Assembly (NCBI GenBank): GCA_041645165.1
Contig: JBAZQN010000003.1
Span: 28,198 to 92,197 of the forward strand
Origin: Patescibacteria group bacterium
GTDB lineage: Bacteria > Patescibacteriota > Patescibacteriia > 2-02-FULL-49-11
DNA length: 64,000 nucleotides
Reading direction: 5' to 3'
Shown here piece after piece: positions 44,994-54,177 of the stretch (positions within the stretch are counted from its first letter, which is position 1; every line of letters starts with the position of its first letter). The position numbers and the translations under genes were made by a program. The notes beneath the pieces are model-generated. The model saw nothing but the letters and a program-made list of their open reading frames with translations, did not search any database and was not told the origin of the DNA.

Positions 44994-47900
44994 TTATTGT
45001 ACCAACCGCCCCCTTATCTCGTCAATGATCTTAATAAGCCGCGTCGCATCCTCGGGGCTAATAAGAAACGTGGGAAAGTGTGTAAGTTGAGTCGTCATTG
45101 TTTTGAGAATTTGGCTCGCCACCTTGGGAAACCCTTTCTTGACGACCTTTTCCGCAGCTTCTATCTGTGCGATCAGCGCTTTTTTGAGACCCTTTTGGAT
45201 ATCAAGAGTCTGAACTATCTTTTTCAATATTACCAACGACACCCCCGCGTTGTCGGCTGTATCAGGAGTCACCGTTATATCATTCGTTCCGTTCCCATCA
45301 ATGTCCATATTCAAATTAATGGGCGTTAGTCCAGTATCTGTTGTTTGTACCGTGAGTGTCGCTATGGTGTGTTCGGCAACCGGGATATTTCTGATGGCCG
45401 TAGAGGCGACAAGTGTATCACCGCGCGCTTCGTCAATTTCGAGCGTAAAGGTGCCAAGATCCGTGCCTTTCAGGACGACGCGAATCGGTTCGCTTCCGTC
45501 CGCCCCAGCGTATTTCACTTCACCGGACTCCATGTAGTAGCTGTTCGGTATCGTCTTTTCATAGAGCCGGATATCTGAATCGGGATCAGAATTTTCTATC
45601 AAGCCCGTATGGCTGCCCAACGCATCGTAGAGATGAATGTCAACTGGCGAATGCAGGGTGAAATCTATGGTTGTGTCTGAGGATCCCTGTGTCGGCTCTG
45701 TTACGGTGATGTGTTTAGTGTTCTCTCCTTCTTCAGGGTGTTCTTTCCCCTGGATGATATTGACAATGAACTCCTGCAGATCATCTATTTCGAAGATGCT
45801 GCCGTGATCTCGATTTTTTCTAAGTCGAAGATTCTCTTTATTATGTTTTCTTATATTCACATAATACCGATCCACTCCCTCCATCATGAGCGCGCTGGGC
45901 AGCACGACCGTTCCATCGCCTTGTATAGTCATCGGTTTGACTGTTTTATCGAGCGAACTGAGAGAAGCGCAGAAGAGACCGCATGAATACGTGATATGCG
46001 AAATCGTCTTAACACCCCATCCGGCAACTTGCACTACCTGCATGTGCGGGGGCGGCGACCATATATCGAGCGTGTCGTTATGCGTGGCTATAGCCCGCGA
46101 GAGAAGGTGCGGTTTGAGCACGTTGGGGTATTCGGCATCTTCCTTGTCAGGTTCTTGTCGCGTTCCTTCATCGCCTAAGAGGAATTTGTAAAGTTCTTCA
46201 GAAGAGGAAATATGTGCACCCGCGCGATTCACAAGCGCACCAAGTTTGCTGACACTTTCATCGAAGTTGATGACTGGCGTATGCACGATGTCGAAATACT
46301 TTTCTGACGGCAGAAGATCATACGCGCTTATCATGTTTTCCGCGGCCTCGCGCGCACGTTCTTCGTCCATGAGGAAACCGATATCATCAAAAGGCAGCTG
46401 CGCAGACTCGGCGTGCAGAAGCGCCTCAATCGCTTTCGGCGTGCCTAGCTGTGGCGGAGCAACCATGACGAGACGGTCAATATGATTGTAAAGATCGTGG
46501 TAAGGGTGATTTTCGTTTGCAATCTGAGTCAGAAGCGTTTTAGCGATCAAGCCGCCCATGCTATGCGTAATAATGGTGACATTGCCGCTTTTCGAAGATA
46601 CAATAAGTTTTTTTATCTCTTCGAGGAGATAGGGCGTTTCAGTGACTCCACTGTTGTAATTGACATTTTCTCCGTCCACGATACCGCTTCGTATGAGGTG
46701 TTCGAAATCAAGGCGCCAATCGTAGGGAAGGGCTTTCCACTCGTTGATGATTCCGTCATCGTCATCTGCTAATTCATCCATGAACTTTTTAAATTTTTCA
46801 TAGAAATTTGCCTGCAATACTCCGGTCGGGTCTGGAATAATATTGGCTTCGTCAATGATGTCGCGGGTATAAATACTTTTATCCAGACTTTCTCCTGTGG
46901 TAGAAGATGTATATAATTTTTCCACGTCAAAATTTCGATTTGGTTCCCACAGTTGATTTTCGAAAATTTCTTTTTTGTAGAGTCTGCTACCTTGAATACC
47001 AGGAAGAAACGCCACATTCGAGTAGCCTGTTTCGAATGTGAGTTCTCCGGTTGCGGGTAATCGCGATGACTCCTCGCCGTCGCTGGTTTCAAAATGGTAT
47101 TGGTAATGCCCTTTGGGGAAGGTATCGGTGCGGACGTATTGTTCTCCGTTGGTGTAATTGCCATCGCGCAGCGAGATAGGTATGGTTTCGGCAGTGTCAG
47201 GCTGCAGGAAGCTAAGGATGGCTCCGGTGCCGTCGTCTCTGGAGATTGCCACATACGGCGGCGGATCATTGTCGGCGTCGGTGTAAATTATCTTAAATAC
47301 GAGCGGGGTAACATCCGCCGTGCCCTTGTCCGGATTGATACCGTCGGTTCCATAACCGCTCTCGGCAGAGAATGAAAGGATGGGCGCGTGATTCGAGGGG
47401 AGCGCGGGGGTGAGGGTAAAGGTGAAGGGGCCATCCACCCATGGTTGGCCAAGATACCGCCAGTGTTCACCGTCCGTGGCTTGGAAATAGTATTCGTAGT
47501 TAGCGGCGTACGGAAATCCCGCTGGTACGGTTACGGTAAATTGCTCGCCGTCCGTATAATCTCCATTGTGGAGGAGAGGGAAAACGGGATCGGGAGCGGT
47601 GTCGCGGTGCAGGCGCAGTTCAGTAAAGAAAAATGGGTAACTTTCGGTGGTGCTGACGAATAGTTTGATCGCTTCTTCCGTTTCATCGTCGTCATGCGCG
47701 AGCGCGGCAGGGATGAAATCGTGGCGCGTCAGTACGGGCGCTGCGATGACCGGAGGATGGTTGTCCGGATGGGTGTAAACCATGGAAAAGGTGAGCGGGG
47801 TATTGGCAGGCGCGGTGTCAAGATTAATTGCGTCCGTACCGTCAAACCCTTCGGCGGGAGAGAAGGCGAGCGTGGGAGGGTGCGCAGGAAAAAACGCCCT

Positions 47901-47999
47901 TGCCGGATCGACCGGATTGGGAAGAATGGAAGCAATCGCCCAGGCCGTAACAGTGCCTATGAGAAGTAAGGAAATGCGTTTGAGAATTGAGAAGTGCAT
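44994..47999 (-). CDS. Large secreted LCAT/PLA-like alpha/beta hydrolase
   Basis: Signal peptide, two repeated N-terminal domains, FLPGIQGS, YDWRL, THSMGG, GDGTV, DHG. Confidence 0.85.
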   Translation of the reverse strand: MHFSILKRISLLLIGTVTAWAIASILPNPVDPARAFFPAHPPTLAFSPAEGFDGTDAINLDTAPANTPLTFSMVYTHPDNHPPVIAAPVLTRHDFIPAALAHDDDETEEAIKLFVSTTESYPFFFTELRLHRDTAPDPVFPLLHNGDYTDGEQFTVTVPAGFPYAANYEYYFQATDGEHWRYLGQPWVDGPFTFTLTPALPSNHAPILSFSAESGYGTDGINPDKGTADVTPLVFKIIYTDADNDPPPYVAISRDDGTGAILSFLQPDTAETIPISLRDGNYTNGEQYVRTDTFPKGHYQYHFETSDGEESSRLPATGELTFETGYSNVAFLPGIQGSRLYKKEIFENQLWEPNRNFDVEKLYTSSTTGESLDKSIYTRDIIDEANIIPDPTGVLQANFYEKFKKFMDELADDDDGIINEWKALPYDWRLDFEHLIRSGIVDGENVNYNSGVTETPYLLEEIKKLIVSSKSGNVTIITHSMGGLIAKTLLTQIANENHPYHDLYNHIDRLVMVAPPQLGTPKAIEALLHAESAQLPFDDIGFLMDEERAREAAENMISAYDLLPSEKYFDIVHTPVINFDESVSKLGALVNRAGAHISSSEELYKFLLGDEGTRQEPDKEDAEYPNVLKPHLLSRAIATHNDTLDIWSPPPHMQVVQVAGWGVKTISHITYSCGLFCASLSSLDKTVKPMTIQGDGTVVLPSALMMEGVDRYYVNIRKHNKENLRLRKNRDHGSIFEIDDLQEFIVNIIQGKEHPEEGENTKHITVTEPTQGSSDTTIDFTLHSPVDIHLYDALGSHTGLIENSDPDSDIRLYEKTIPNSYYMESGEVKYAGADGSEPIRVVLKGTDLGTFTLEIDEARGDTLVASTAIRNIPVAEHTIATLTVQTTDTGLTPINLNMDIDGNGTNDITVTPDTADNAGVSLVILKKIVQTLDIQKGLKKALIAQIEAAEKVVKKGFPKVASQILKTMTTQLTHFPTFLISPEDATRLIKIIDEIRGRLVQ

Positions 48000-48113
48000 G
48001 AGGGTAAGGATAATCCCTCCAAGTATGCCATTACCGTATCACGCGGACGGAATTGCGCAAGTGGATATATTTTCTGTTTGTTTTCTTGTCCCCCGATCAG
48101 GTGAGGACAGCGT

Positions 48114-48163
48114 CTGGATCCCCGATCAAGTCGGGGATGACAGGTGGAGAGCGCGGGAATGAC
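48114..48163. repeat. Partial family 2 palindrome
   Basis: CTGGATCCCCGATCAAGTCGGGGATGAC and GCGGGAATGAC. Confidence 0.7.
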
Positions 48164-48167
48164 AAAA

Positions 48168-48194
48168 CAAAAACACCCCGTAAAAGGGGTGTTA
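48168..48194 (-). terminator. tRNA-Asn terminator
   Basis: AACACCCC-TTTTAC-GGGGTGTT-TTTG. Confidence 0.75.
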
Positions 48195-48251
48195 AAAATC
48201 AAAACTCCAAGGGCGAGATTCGAATCCCAAACCAATCCGCCGCAATTTCTC

Positions 48252-48326
48252 TGGCTCCGAGACCGGGATTCGAACCCGGAACCAACTGCTTAACAGGCAG
48301 CTGCTCTACCATTGAGCTATCTCGGA
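48252..48326 (-). tRNA. tRNA-Asn (GTT)
   Basis: TCCGAGATAGCTCAATGGTAGAGCAGCTGCCTGTTAAGCAGTTGGTTCCGGGTTCGAATCCCGGTCTCGGAGCCA folds as a cloverleaf with encoded CCA. Confidence 0.97.
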
Positions 48327-48422
48327 CGGTTAGCCAGAGAATTTGGGCGGACTGCTCTACCTCCGCCAGCTGGCGGAGAGCTACCTCGGATTATTGTTCA
48401 TTGTGAAAGAACCATTTTGTCT

Positions 48423-48782
48423 TTATTCTTCTTGCATCTTTTTGTGCCGCGCCATCTGTGCGGCATAGGAGAACGCGTAGAAATATTTCTGCCAAAGCTC
48501 GTCAGTTGAGCCGTACTGGTTTTCTCCCACAAAATAATCAGCGAGCGCTTCCCGCACGCGCGCCACTTCTTTCAAGCGCGGATACATTCTATTGCGGGGA
48601 TCTTGCAGTGTCAAATCAAGAAGTTCGAGCGCCCTGTCAAAGGCGAGGGCGCTATACTCCCCATTTCCTTTTTTTCTCCAGCTGATGGTCCGTTCCACTT
48701 CGCTGCCCACGTTCGCAAGCTGTTCCATGAATGGCAGCTCAAACCACCTGCCATTGGCCAATTGTTGATGCTGGAATGTCAT
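48423..48782 (-). CDS. Conserved hypothetical protein
   Basis: EQLANVGSEVER, RALELLDLT; coupled to upstream gene. Confidence 0.75.
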   Translation of the reverse strand: MTFQHQQLANGRWFELPFMEQLANVGSEVERTISWRKKGNGEYSALAFDRALELLDLTLQDPRNRMYPRLKEVARVREALADYFVGENQYGSTDELWQKYFYAFSYAAQMARHKKMQEE

Positions 48783-49120
48783 AATTTCACTAAATCCCGC
48801 ACCACCTCACATATTTTTTTTTGCAGTTCAGCGTTATCAACCCCGCGGCTCCGGTTATCCTGCCAGGGGCGTATATTAATCATCGAGTCAAATTCTATCC
48901 ATTCCTCTCCCTCCGCCTCAGGTTGCAAATTGATGCCCCACAGATCTTTTTGCGCTGAACCGTTTTGTAACATGAACGCTTCCTCATCCGCATGCAAATC
49001 TCCCCCCACCGCCATAATTCTCTTCTCAATATCCACCACTGCCTTCACCAAATTTCCATAGAAACCCTTCGCCATATCCCGGAGCTCTGCGATAGTAATA
49101 TGATCGTTCACAATTTGCAT
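48779..49120 (-). CDS. DUF5674-like protein
   Basis: VKAVVDI, LHADEE, LWGINL, SMINIRP. Confidence 0.75.
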   Translation of the reverse strand: MQIVNDHITIAELRDMAKGFYGNLVKAVVDIEKRIMAVGGDLHADEEAFMLQNGSAQKDLWGINLQPEAEGEEWIEFDSMINIRPWQDNRSRGVDNAELQKKICEVVRDLVKL

Positions 49121-49131
49121 AATTCGTTTGA

Positions 49132-50358
49132 TTAGTAATCCTTCAATTTTGCCATACCGGCGTGCGCCTCGATTTTTTCCAAAGCCTTCGCTTCGATCTG
49201 CCGAATGCGCTCCCTTGTCACGCCGAACTCCTGCCCCACTTCTTCCAGAGTGTGCGCGATGCCGTCCACCAGGCCGAAGCGCATTTCCAGGATCTTCTGT
49301 TCGCGCGGCGAGAGCCCTGAAATAATTTGCCGCACGTGGTCGCGCAGGAGCTGCAGGGCGGCCGCCTGGGAAGGGGTGACGGTTTTGACATCCTCTATGA
49401 AATCGCCGAGCTTTGATTCATCCTCCCCTTCATCCCCCACCGAGGTCTCGAGCGACACGGTATCCTGCGATATCTGGATGATGTGGCGGATTTTGGCGAC
49501 CTCTTCGCCCATTTCCGCGGCGATCTCTTCAGGGAGCGGCTCTCTTCCAAGATCCTGGATGAGCTGCCGCTCCACTTGCTGGAACTTATTTATAGTCTCC
49601 ACCATGTGCACGGGAATACGGATCGTGCGCGACTGGTCTGCCAAGGCCCTGGTGATAGCCTGCCGGATCCACCACGTGGCATAGGTGGAGAATTTATAGC
49701 CCTTGCGGTAATCAAATTTTTCAACCGCCCTAAAAAGCCCGATATTCCCCTCCTGAATAAGATCAAGAAGTGTTAAGCCCCCGCGCCCCACGAATTTTTT
49801 CGCAATGGATACCACGAGCCGAAGATTCGCTTCGACGAGCCGCTTGGTCGCTTCCCGTTCGCCCCGCTCTTTCCTCTTGGCAAGGTTCAGTTCCTCTTCC
49901 TGGACAAGGAGCGGCACTTTCCCTATCTCCCGAAGGTACATCTGGATCGAATCAGAAGAAATGTCGGAAAGGTCAAGCCGCTTCTGGTCGGCAGAGAGCC
50001 CTACTTCGCGCAGGATCTTTTGGCGCTCCTCAGGCTTCGCGAGTATCCCTAAATCCCTTTCAATCACCTGGATGCCTGCATGTTCAAGCTGGTCAATCGT
50101 CTCCTCAAATAGGTCAAGGTATTCCTCAAGCCGGGGAAAGGCGTACAGGAGCTCCATTTCAGTCACGAAACCGCGGGACCGCGCTTTCATGACCACCTGC
50201 GCTATGTCCGGTTTAAGATCTACGCGCGGCGCCTCTGCCGCAGCGCGCGGCTTGCGGACCGGCACATTCCTTTGCATCCGTGCACGGAACGCGCGGTGCT
50301 TGGGCCTGCGGATGAGCCTCTTTTGGTGTTTCATCTTTGTGCGTGAAGGATGTTTCAT
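49132..50358 (-). CDS. rpoD: Primary sigma factor
   Basis: [47 protein letters not shown]. Confidence 0.95.
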   Translation of the reverse strand: MKHPSRTKMKHQKRLIRRPKHRAFRARMQRNVPVRKPRAAAEAPRVDLKPDIAQVVMKARSRGFVTEMELLYAFPRLEEYLDLFEETIDQLEHAGIQVIERDLGILAKPEERQKILREVGLSADQKRLDLSDISSDSIQMYLREIGKVPLLVQEEELNLAKRKERGEREATKRLVEANLRLVVSIAKKFVGRGGLTLLDLIQEGNIGLFRAVEKFDYRKGYKFSTYATWWIRQAITRALADQSRTIRIPVHMVETINKFQQVERQLIQDLGREPLPEEIAAEMGEEVAKIRHIIQISQDTVSLETSVGDEGEDESKLGDFIEDVKTVTPSQAAALQLLRDHVRQIISGLSPREQKILEMRFGLVDGIAHTLEEVGQEFGVTRERIRQIEAKALEKIEAHAGMAKLKDY

Positions 50359-50404
50359 GCGTTGAAGAGAAAAAAATTCTGTAACTACTGACTTAGTCCT
50401 TATA

Positions 50405-50524
50405 GCGAAGGAATACCAATTTTTCGAGGACTTATGCCTGTTTCAGACAGGCATAAGCGTTCAAGCTGCTAAATCGCGTCCGCAGAAAAATTGTGTATTC
50501 CTGAGCGGGAAAAACCTGTGAGCA
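50405..50524. repeat. Family 1 palindrome, copy C, with nested CTTATGCCTG/CAGGCATAAG hairpin
   Basis: Aligns with 3609-3710 and 5600-5700. Confidence 0.9.
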
Positions 50525-50595
50525 GATACAATCTTTAATGCAAAACGCTTCAATGCCGCGGGCTGACGCCCGCCGCAGTGAGTACAAAGGGGTAA

Positions 50596-50705
50596 ACCCC
50601 GTTACCATGGGCTTGAGGTCCATGACATTGGTCGTCATTCCCCTTTTGGGTTGATGTACATTCATCTACGGTCTCAACGACTCTGTAACGCTCTAGTAAC
50701 GGGGT
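50596..50705. repeat. ACCCCGTTAC...GTAACGGGGT inverted-repeat element
   Basis: 10-bp terminal inverted repeat related to 11088-11166. Confidence 0.6.
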
Positions 50706-50708
50706 AAA

Positions 50709-52526
50709 TCAAAATTCAAGCTCGGCAAGCGCTTGCGTGAGCACGGTGAATTCCCTGCTCAGCGCGTCAAGCTCGGCAGTGTCCTTAGCTGCCGTTGTAG
50801 GCAAATTTTTTTGTTCGCGCTCCCGGATAATCCGCGAGAGCGCTTCCACACGCTCTTTCAGCACGAGCCGCTTCAGCGACCGTGCCAGATGAGTGATTTC
50901 TTGGAGAAGCTCCGAATCGCTTCTTCCTTGATACTCGAGGTCCCCGCGGGTGGCGAGGATTTGGACGTTTCTGTGAAGCTCTGGTAGAGACGCTTCAATC
51001 GTCGCAATGAGATGTTCGCTGGTGTGGATTCTTGACTCACTGTACCAAGAAGTGAGCATCTTGTAAAGCGCCTGATGCGGCTCCGGCACATACTCATGGG
51101 CAATGATCTGGACCGCATGCGGTATCATGGGAGGCGTAGTGAGCAAAAGCGAAAGCATGCGCTCCGTCAAACTCTGCGCAGGAAGAAAGGGCACTGCTTC
51201 CTTCACGGGCGCCGCGGCGGCGCGCGTGCCCTGCGATGAGGAGACAGCTTTGGCAAGCGCTTCGCGCAATGCCTGTTCTGACACACGCAGTTCTTCAGAC
51301 ATGCGCTTTACATAATGGTCGCGCTCAATCGGGTCCGCGAGCTTGAGAAGGTAAGGAAGCAGTGCGCCGGCAACCGCCTTTTTATCCTGTACGGTATCTC
51401 CAGGATGCTCTAGGCGGGCTTGCGTAAATAAATATTCAAGGATCGGCTGGCTTGCATTAACCGCCCCGATAAACGCTTCCTTGTCTTTCCGCACCACTTC
51501 ATCAGGGTCTTTGCCTTTATTCTTAGGCAATCGGGCTAATTTTACCGTGAAGCCGGCTGCCCAGGCGAGTTCGAGCCCGCGCAGCGCCGCGCCTTTTCCG
51601 CCCGCATCGACATCGAAACACAACACGAGCGTGTCCGTGACGCGCTTGAGAAGGATGAGTTGCAGCTCCTCGAGATTAAATGAAGTTCCTGACGAGGCTA
51701 TGGTATTGCGGATACCCGCCTGCCATAAGGAAGTAACATCCATTTGCCCCTCCACCACCAGCGCAAACCCTTGTGCGCGTATGTCCTGTTTGGCTTTATC
51801 GAGACCGAAAAGTACCGCACGTTTGTGATACAGCAGGGTTTCGGGCGTGTTCACGTACTTGCCCCCTTCCTCCTTATTTTCTTTGAGCTGCCTGCCGGTA
51901 AACCCAACGATGGCGCCATGGTGGTCCCGCAGAGGAAACATAATCCTGTCGCGGAAACGGTCGTAGACACCGCGCTCTCTCCCCGGCAAGGCCATACCCG
52001 CGTTTACCATCTCCTGGTCGCGATATCCTTTCGCGCGCAAAAAGCGCGTGAGCTCTTCCCAACCCTGCGGCGCGTAGCCTAAGAGCCATTCCTCGAGCGT
52101 GTCAGGGATAAGACCGCGTGTTTCTTTTAAATAACGCAGGGCTTCTGCGCCTCGCGCGGTCTGCAGCTGAACCGCAAACCACTGCGCGGACGCGGAAAGG
52201 AGCTCCCTCATCCTCTGCCGCTCACTCTTAAGCTGCGGATCCTCCCGTTTCAATTCAACATTCGCTTTTTTCGCGAGGATCTCCAACGCTTCCGGAAATT
52301 CAATATTCTCGATCTTCTGGATAAACGTAAACATGTCTCCCCCAAGATTACACCCGAAACAATGCCACATCTGCCTTCCCCGGTGCACCATGAATGAAGG
52401 GGTTTTTTCATGATGAAACGGGCACAAACCTTTGAGGTTTGCACCTGCCATCTTCAGCGGCACGTATTCTTGGATAATATCCACGATATCCAGCCGCGAT
52501 TTGATGTCATCGACAGGAGAGAACAT
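50709..52526 (-). CDS. dnaG: DNA primase
   Basis: CPFHHEKTPSF, CFGC, KYVNTPET, VEGQMDV, DPDE. Confidence 0.97.
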   Translation of the reverse strand: MFSPVDDIKSRLDIVDIIQEYVPLKMAGANLKGLCPFHHEKTPSFMVHRGRQMWHCFGCNLGGDMFTFIQKIENIEFPEALEILAKKANVELKREDPQLKSERQRMRELLSASAQWFAVQLQTARGAEALRYLKETRGLIPDTLEEWLLGYAPQGWEELTRFLRAKGYRDQEMVNAGMALPGRERGVYDRFRDRIMFPLRDHHGAIVGFTGRQLKENKEEGGKYVNTPETLLYHKRAVLFGLDKAKQDIRAQGFALVVEGQMDVTSLWQAGIRNTIASSGTSFNLEELQLILLKRVTDTLVLCFDVDAGGKGAALRGLELAWAAGFTVKLARLPKNKGKDPDEVVRKDKEAFIGAVNASQPILEYLFTQARLEHPGDTVQDKKAVAGALLPYLLKLADPIERDHYVKRMSEELRVSEQALREALAKAVSSSQGTRAAAAPVKEAVPFLPAQSLTERMLSLLLTTPPMIPHAVQIIAHEYVPEPHQALYKMLTSWYSESRIHTSEHLIATIEASLPELHRNVQILATRGDLEYQGRSDSELLQEITHLARSLKRLVLKERVEALSRIIREREQKNLPTTAAKDTAELDALSREFTVLTQALAELEF

Positions 52527-52535
52527 AATAAGTGA

Positions 52536-52621
52536 AAAATCCCAATGTCAAAATCCCAATGTCAAATGAAATCCCAATAACCAATATCAAATTTGACATT
52601 TGAAATTTGAATTTTGACATT
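52536..52621. repeat. Heptamer-repeat inverted element
   Basis: AATCCCAATGTCAA units followed by TTTGACA/TTTGAAA units. Confidence 0.75.
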
Positions 52622-52638
52622 ACCGCGCCCTGCGCGGT

Positions 52639-54177
52639 TTATTCCCACTCGATCGTGCCCGGCGGTTTGCTGGTGAGATCATAAAGGACGCGGTTGACGC
52701 CCTCCACCTCATTGGTAATCCGCGTGGCGAGGCGTGCGAGCACGTCCTCGGGAATACGCGCCCAATCCGCGGTCATCGCATCCTCTGAGGTTACGGCGCG
52801 CACGACGATGGGATGCGCGTACGTACGCTCATCGCCCTGCACGCCCACAGAACGCACCTCCGGCAGAAACGCAGCATAATATTGCCACAATTTTAATTTT
52901 TTTGCGAGCGGGTCTAGCGTTTCGCGCACGATCGCGTCCGCCTGCGCGAGGGTCTTCAGGCGCCCTTCATCCACCGCGCCCACAATCCGCACGGCAAGGC
53001 CGGGACCGGGAAACGGCTGGCGCTCCACCACTGCGCGCGGGAGCCCCAAAATCCTTCCCACCTCCCTGACCTCATCTTTGAAGAGCATGCGCAGCGGTTC
53101 AATAAGTTTCAAATGCATGCGCGCAGGCAGCCCTCCCACGTTGTGGTGCGTTTTGATGGTGCTTGCCGTCCTGCCGCTTCCCGCCATTGCCGATTCGATC
53201 ACGTCAGGATAAAGCGTGCCTTGGACCAAAAAGGCGGGTTTTGATTTCAGCCGTTTTGCCTCTCTCTGGAACACTTCAATAAAAGTCCGTCCTATGATCT
53301 TCCTCTTCTCCTCTGGATCGCTTACCCCTTTTAATTTATGCAAAAATAATTGCGGCACGCGCACCACCTTCAAATCCGCCTTCAGCATGCGCCGCATCGC
53401 CTGCGCCACTTCTTGTTCCTCGCCCAAGCGAAGCAGGCCGTGGTTCACGAACACCGCAATAAGCCGGTGGCCGAGGGCATGGTGCACGAGCGTGGTGGCC
53501 ACCGCCGAGTCCACGCCGCCGGAAAGCGCGGCGATCGCGTATCCCTTGCCCGCCTTTGCTTTAATTTCCTCTATGGCTGACGTCACGAACGACGGCATAG
53601 ACCAATCCGGCGTGAGGCCTGCAATACGGACCAGAAAATTCTCAAGCATTTTTTTTCCAAACTGCGTATGCACGACTTCCGGATGGAATTGCACGCCCCA
53701 TATATTCTTTTCCTTATCCCCCACGAGGGCAAATGGGGAATGTGCAGTCACGCCATATGCGTGAGTGCCTTTGGGGAGCCGCACGACGGCATCGCCATGG
53801 GACATCCATACTCTCAATTGCTGAGGGAGACCGGCAGTGAATGGCGATCCGCGGACAATCTTTACGCTCGCGGGGCCGTATTCTCTCTGCTTCATCCTTA
53901 CCACTTTCCCTCCGGTGAGATAACACGTCAGCTGCTGGCCATAACATATCCCTAAAATGGGAATGCCCAGCGCAAACAATTCTTTCGGCACGCGCGGCGC
54001 TCCCTCTGTATATACTGATGAAGGCCCTCCGGAAAGAATAATCGCGTGTGCCTGCTTGAGCCTCTCAAGCGGCGAGCGATAAGACACCAGCTCCGCGGAA
54101 AATCCCAACTCGCGCACCCTACGGGCGATCAACTGGCTGTACTGCGCGCCAAAATCAATGACAAAAACTTGGGACAT
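52639..54177 (-). CDS. guaA: GMP synthase
   Basis: DFGAQY, GICYG, QFHPEV, SGGVDS, KTHHN, KPPGTIEWE. Confidence 0.98.
   Translation of the reverse strand: MSQVFVIDFGAQYSQLIARRVRELGFSAELVSYRSPLERLKQAHAIILSGGPSSVYTEGAPRVPKELFALGIPILGICYGQQLTCYLTGGKVVRMKQREYGPASVKIVRGSPFTAGLPQQLRVWMSHGDAVVRLPKGTHAYGVTAHSPFALVGDKEKNIWGVQFHPEVVHTQFGKKMLENFLVRIAGLTPDWSMPSFVTSAIEEIKAKAGKGYAIAALSGGVDSAVATTLVHHALGHRLIAVFVNHGLLRLGEEQEVAQAMRRMLKADLKVVRVPQLFLHKLKGVSDPEEKRKIIGRTFIEVFQREAKRLKSKPAFLVQGTLYPDVIESAMAGSGRTASTIKTHHNVGGLPARMHLKLIEPLRMLFKDEVREVGRILGLPRAVVERQPFPGPGLAVRIVGAVDEGRLKTLAQADAIVRETLDPLAKKLKLWQYYAAFLPEVRSVGVQGDERTYAHPIVVRAVTSEDAMTADWARIPEDVLARLATRITNEVEGVNRVLYDLTSKPPGTIEWE

Larger units (their letters stand above)
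29656..48258. mobile_element. Putative tRNA-Asn-anchored genomic island (~18.5 kb), no integrase seen
   Basis: Flanking direct repeats; R-M and other accessory cargo with AT-richer segments. Confidence 0.55.

Noticed and set aside
50432-50665. 77-aa ORF between dnaG and rpoD
   Set aside because: Built from repeat elements
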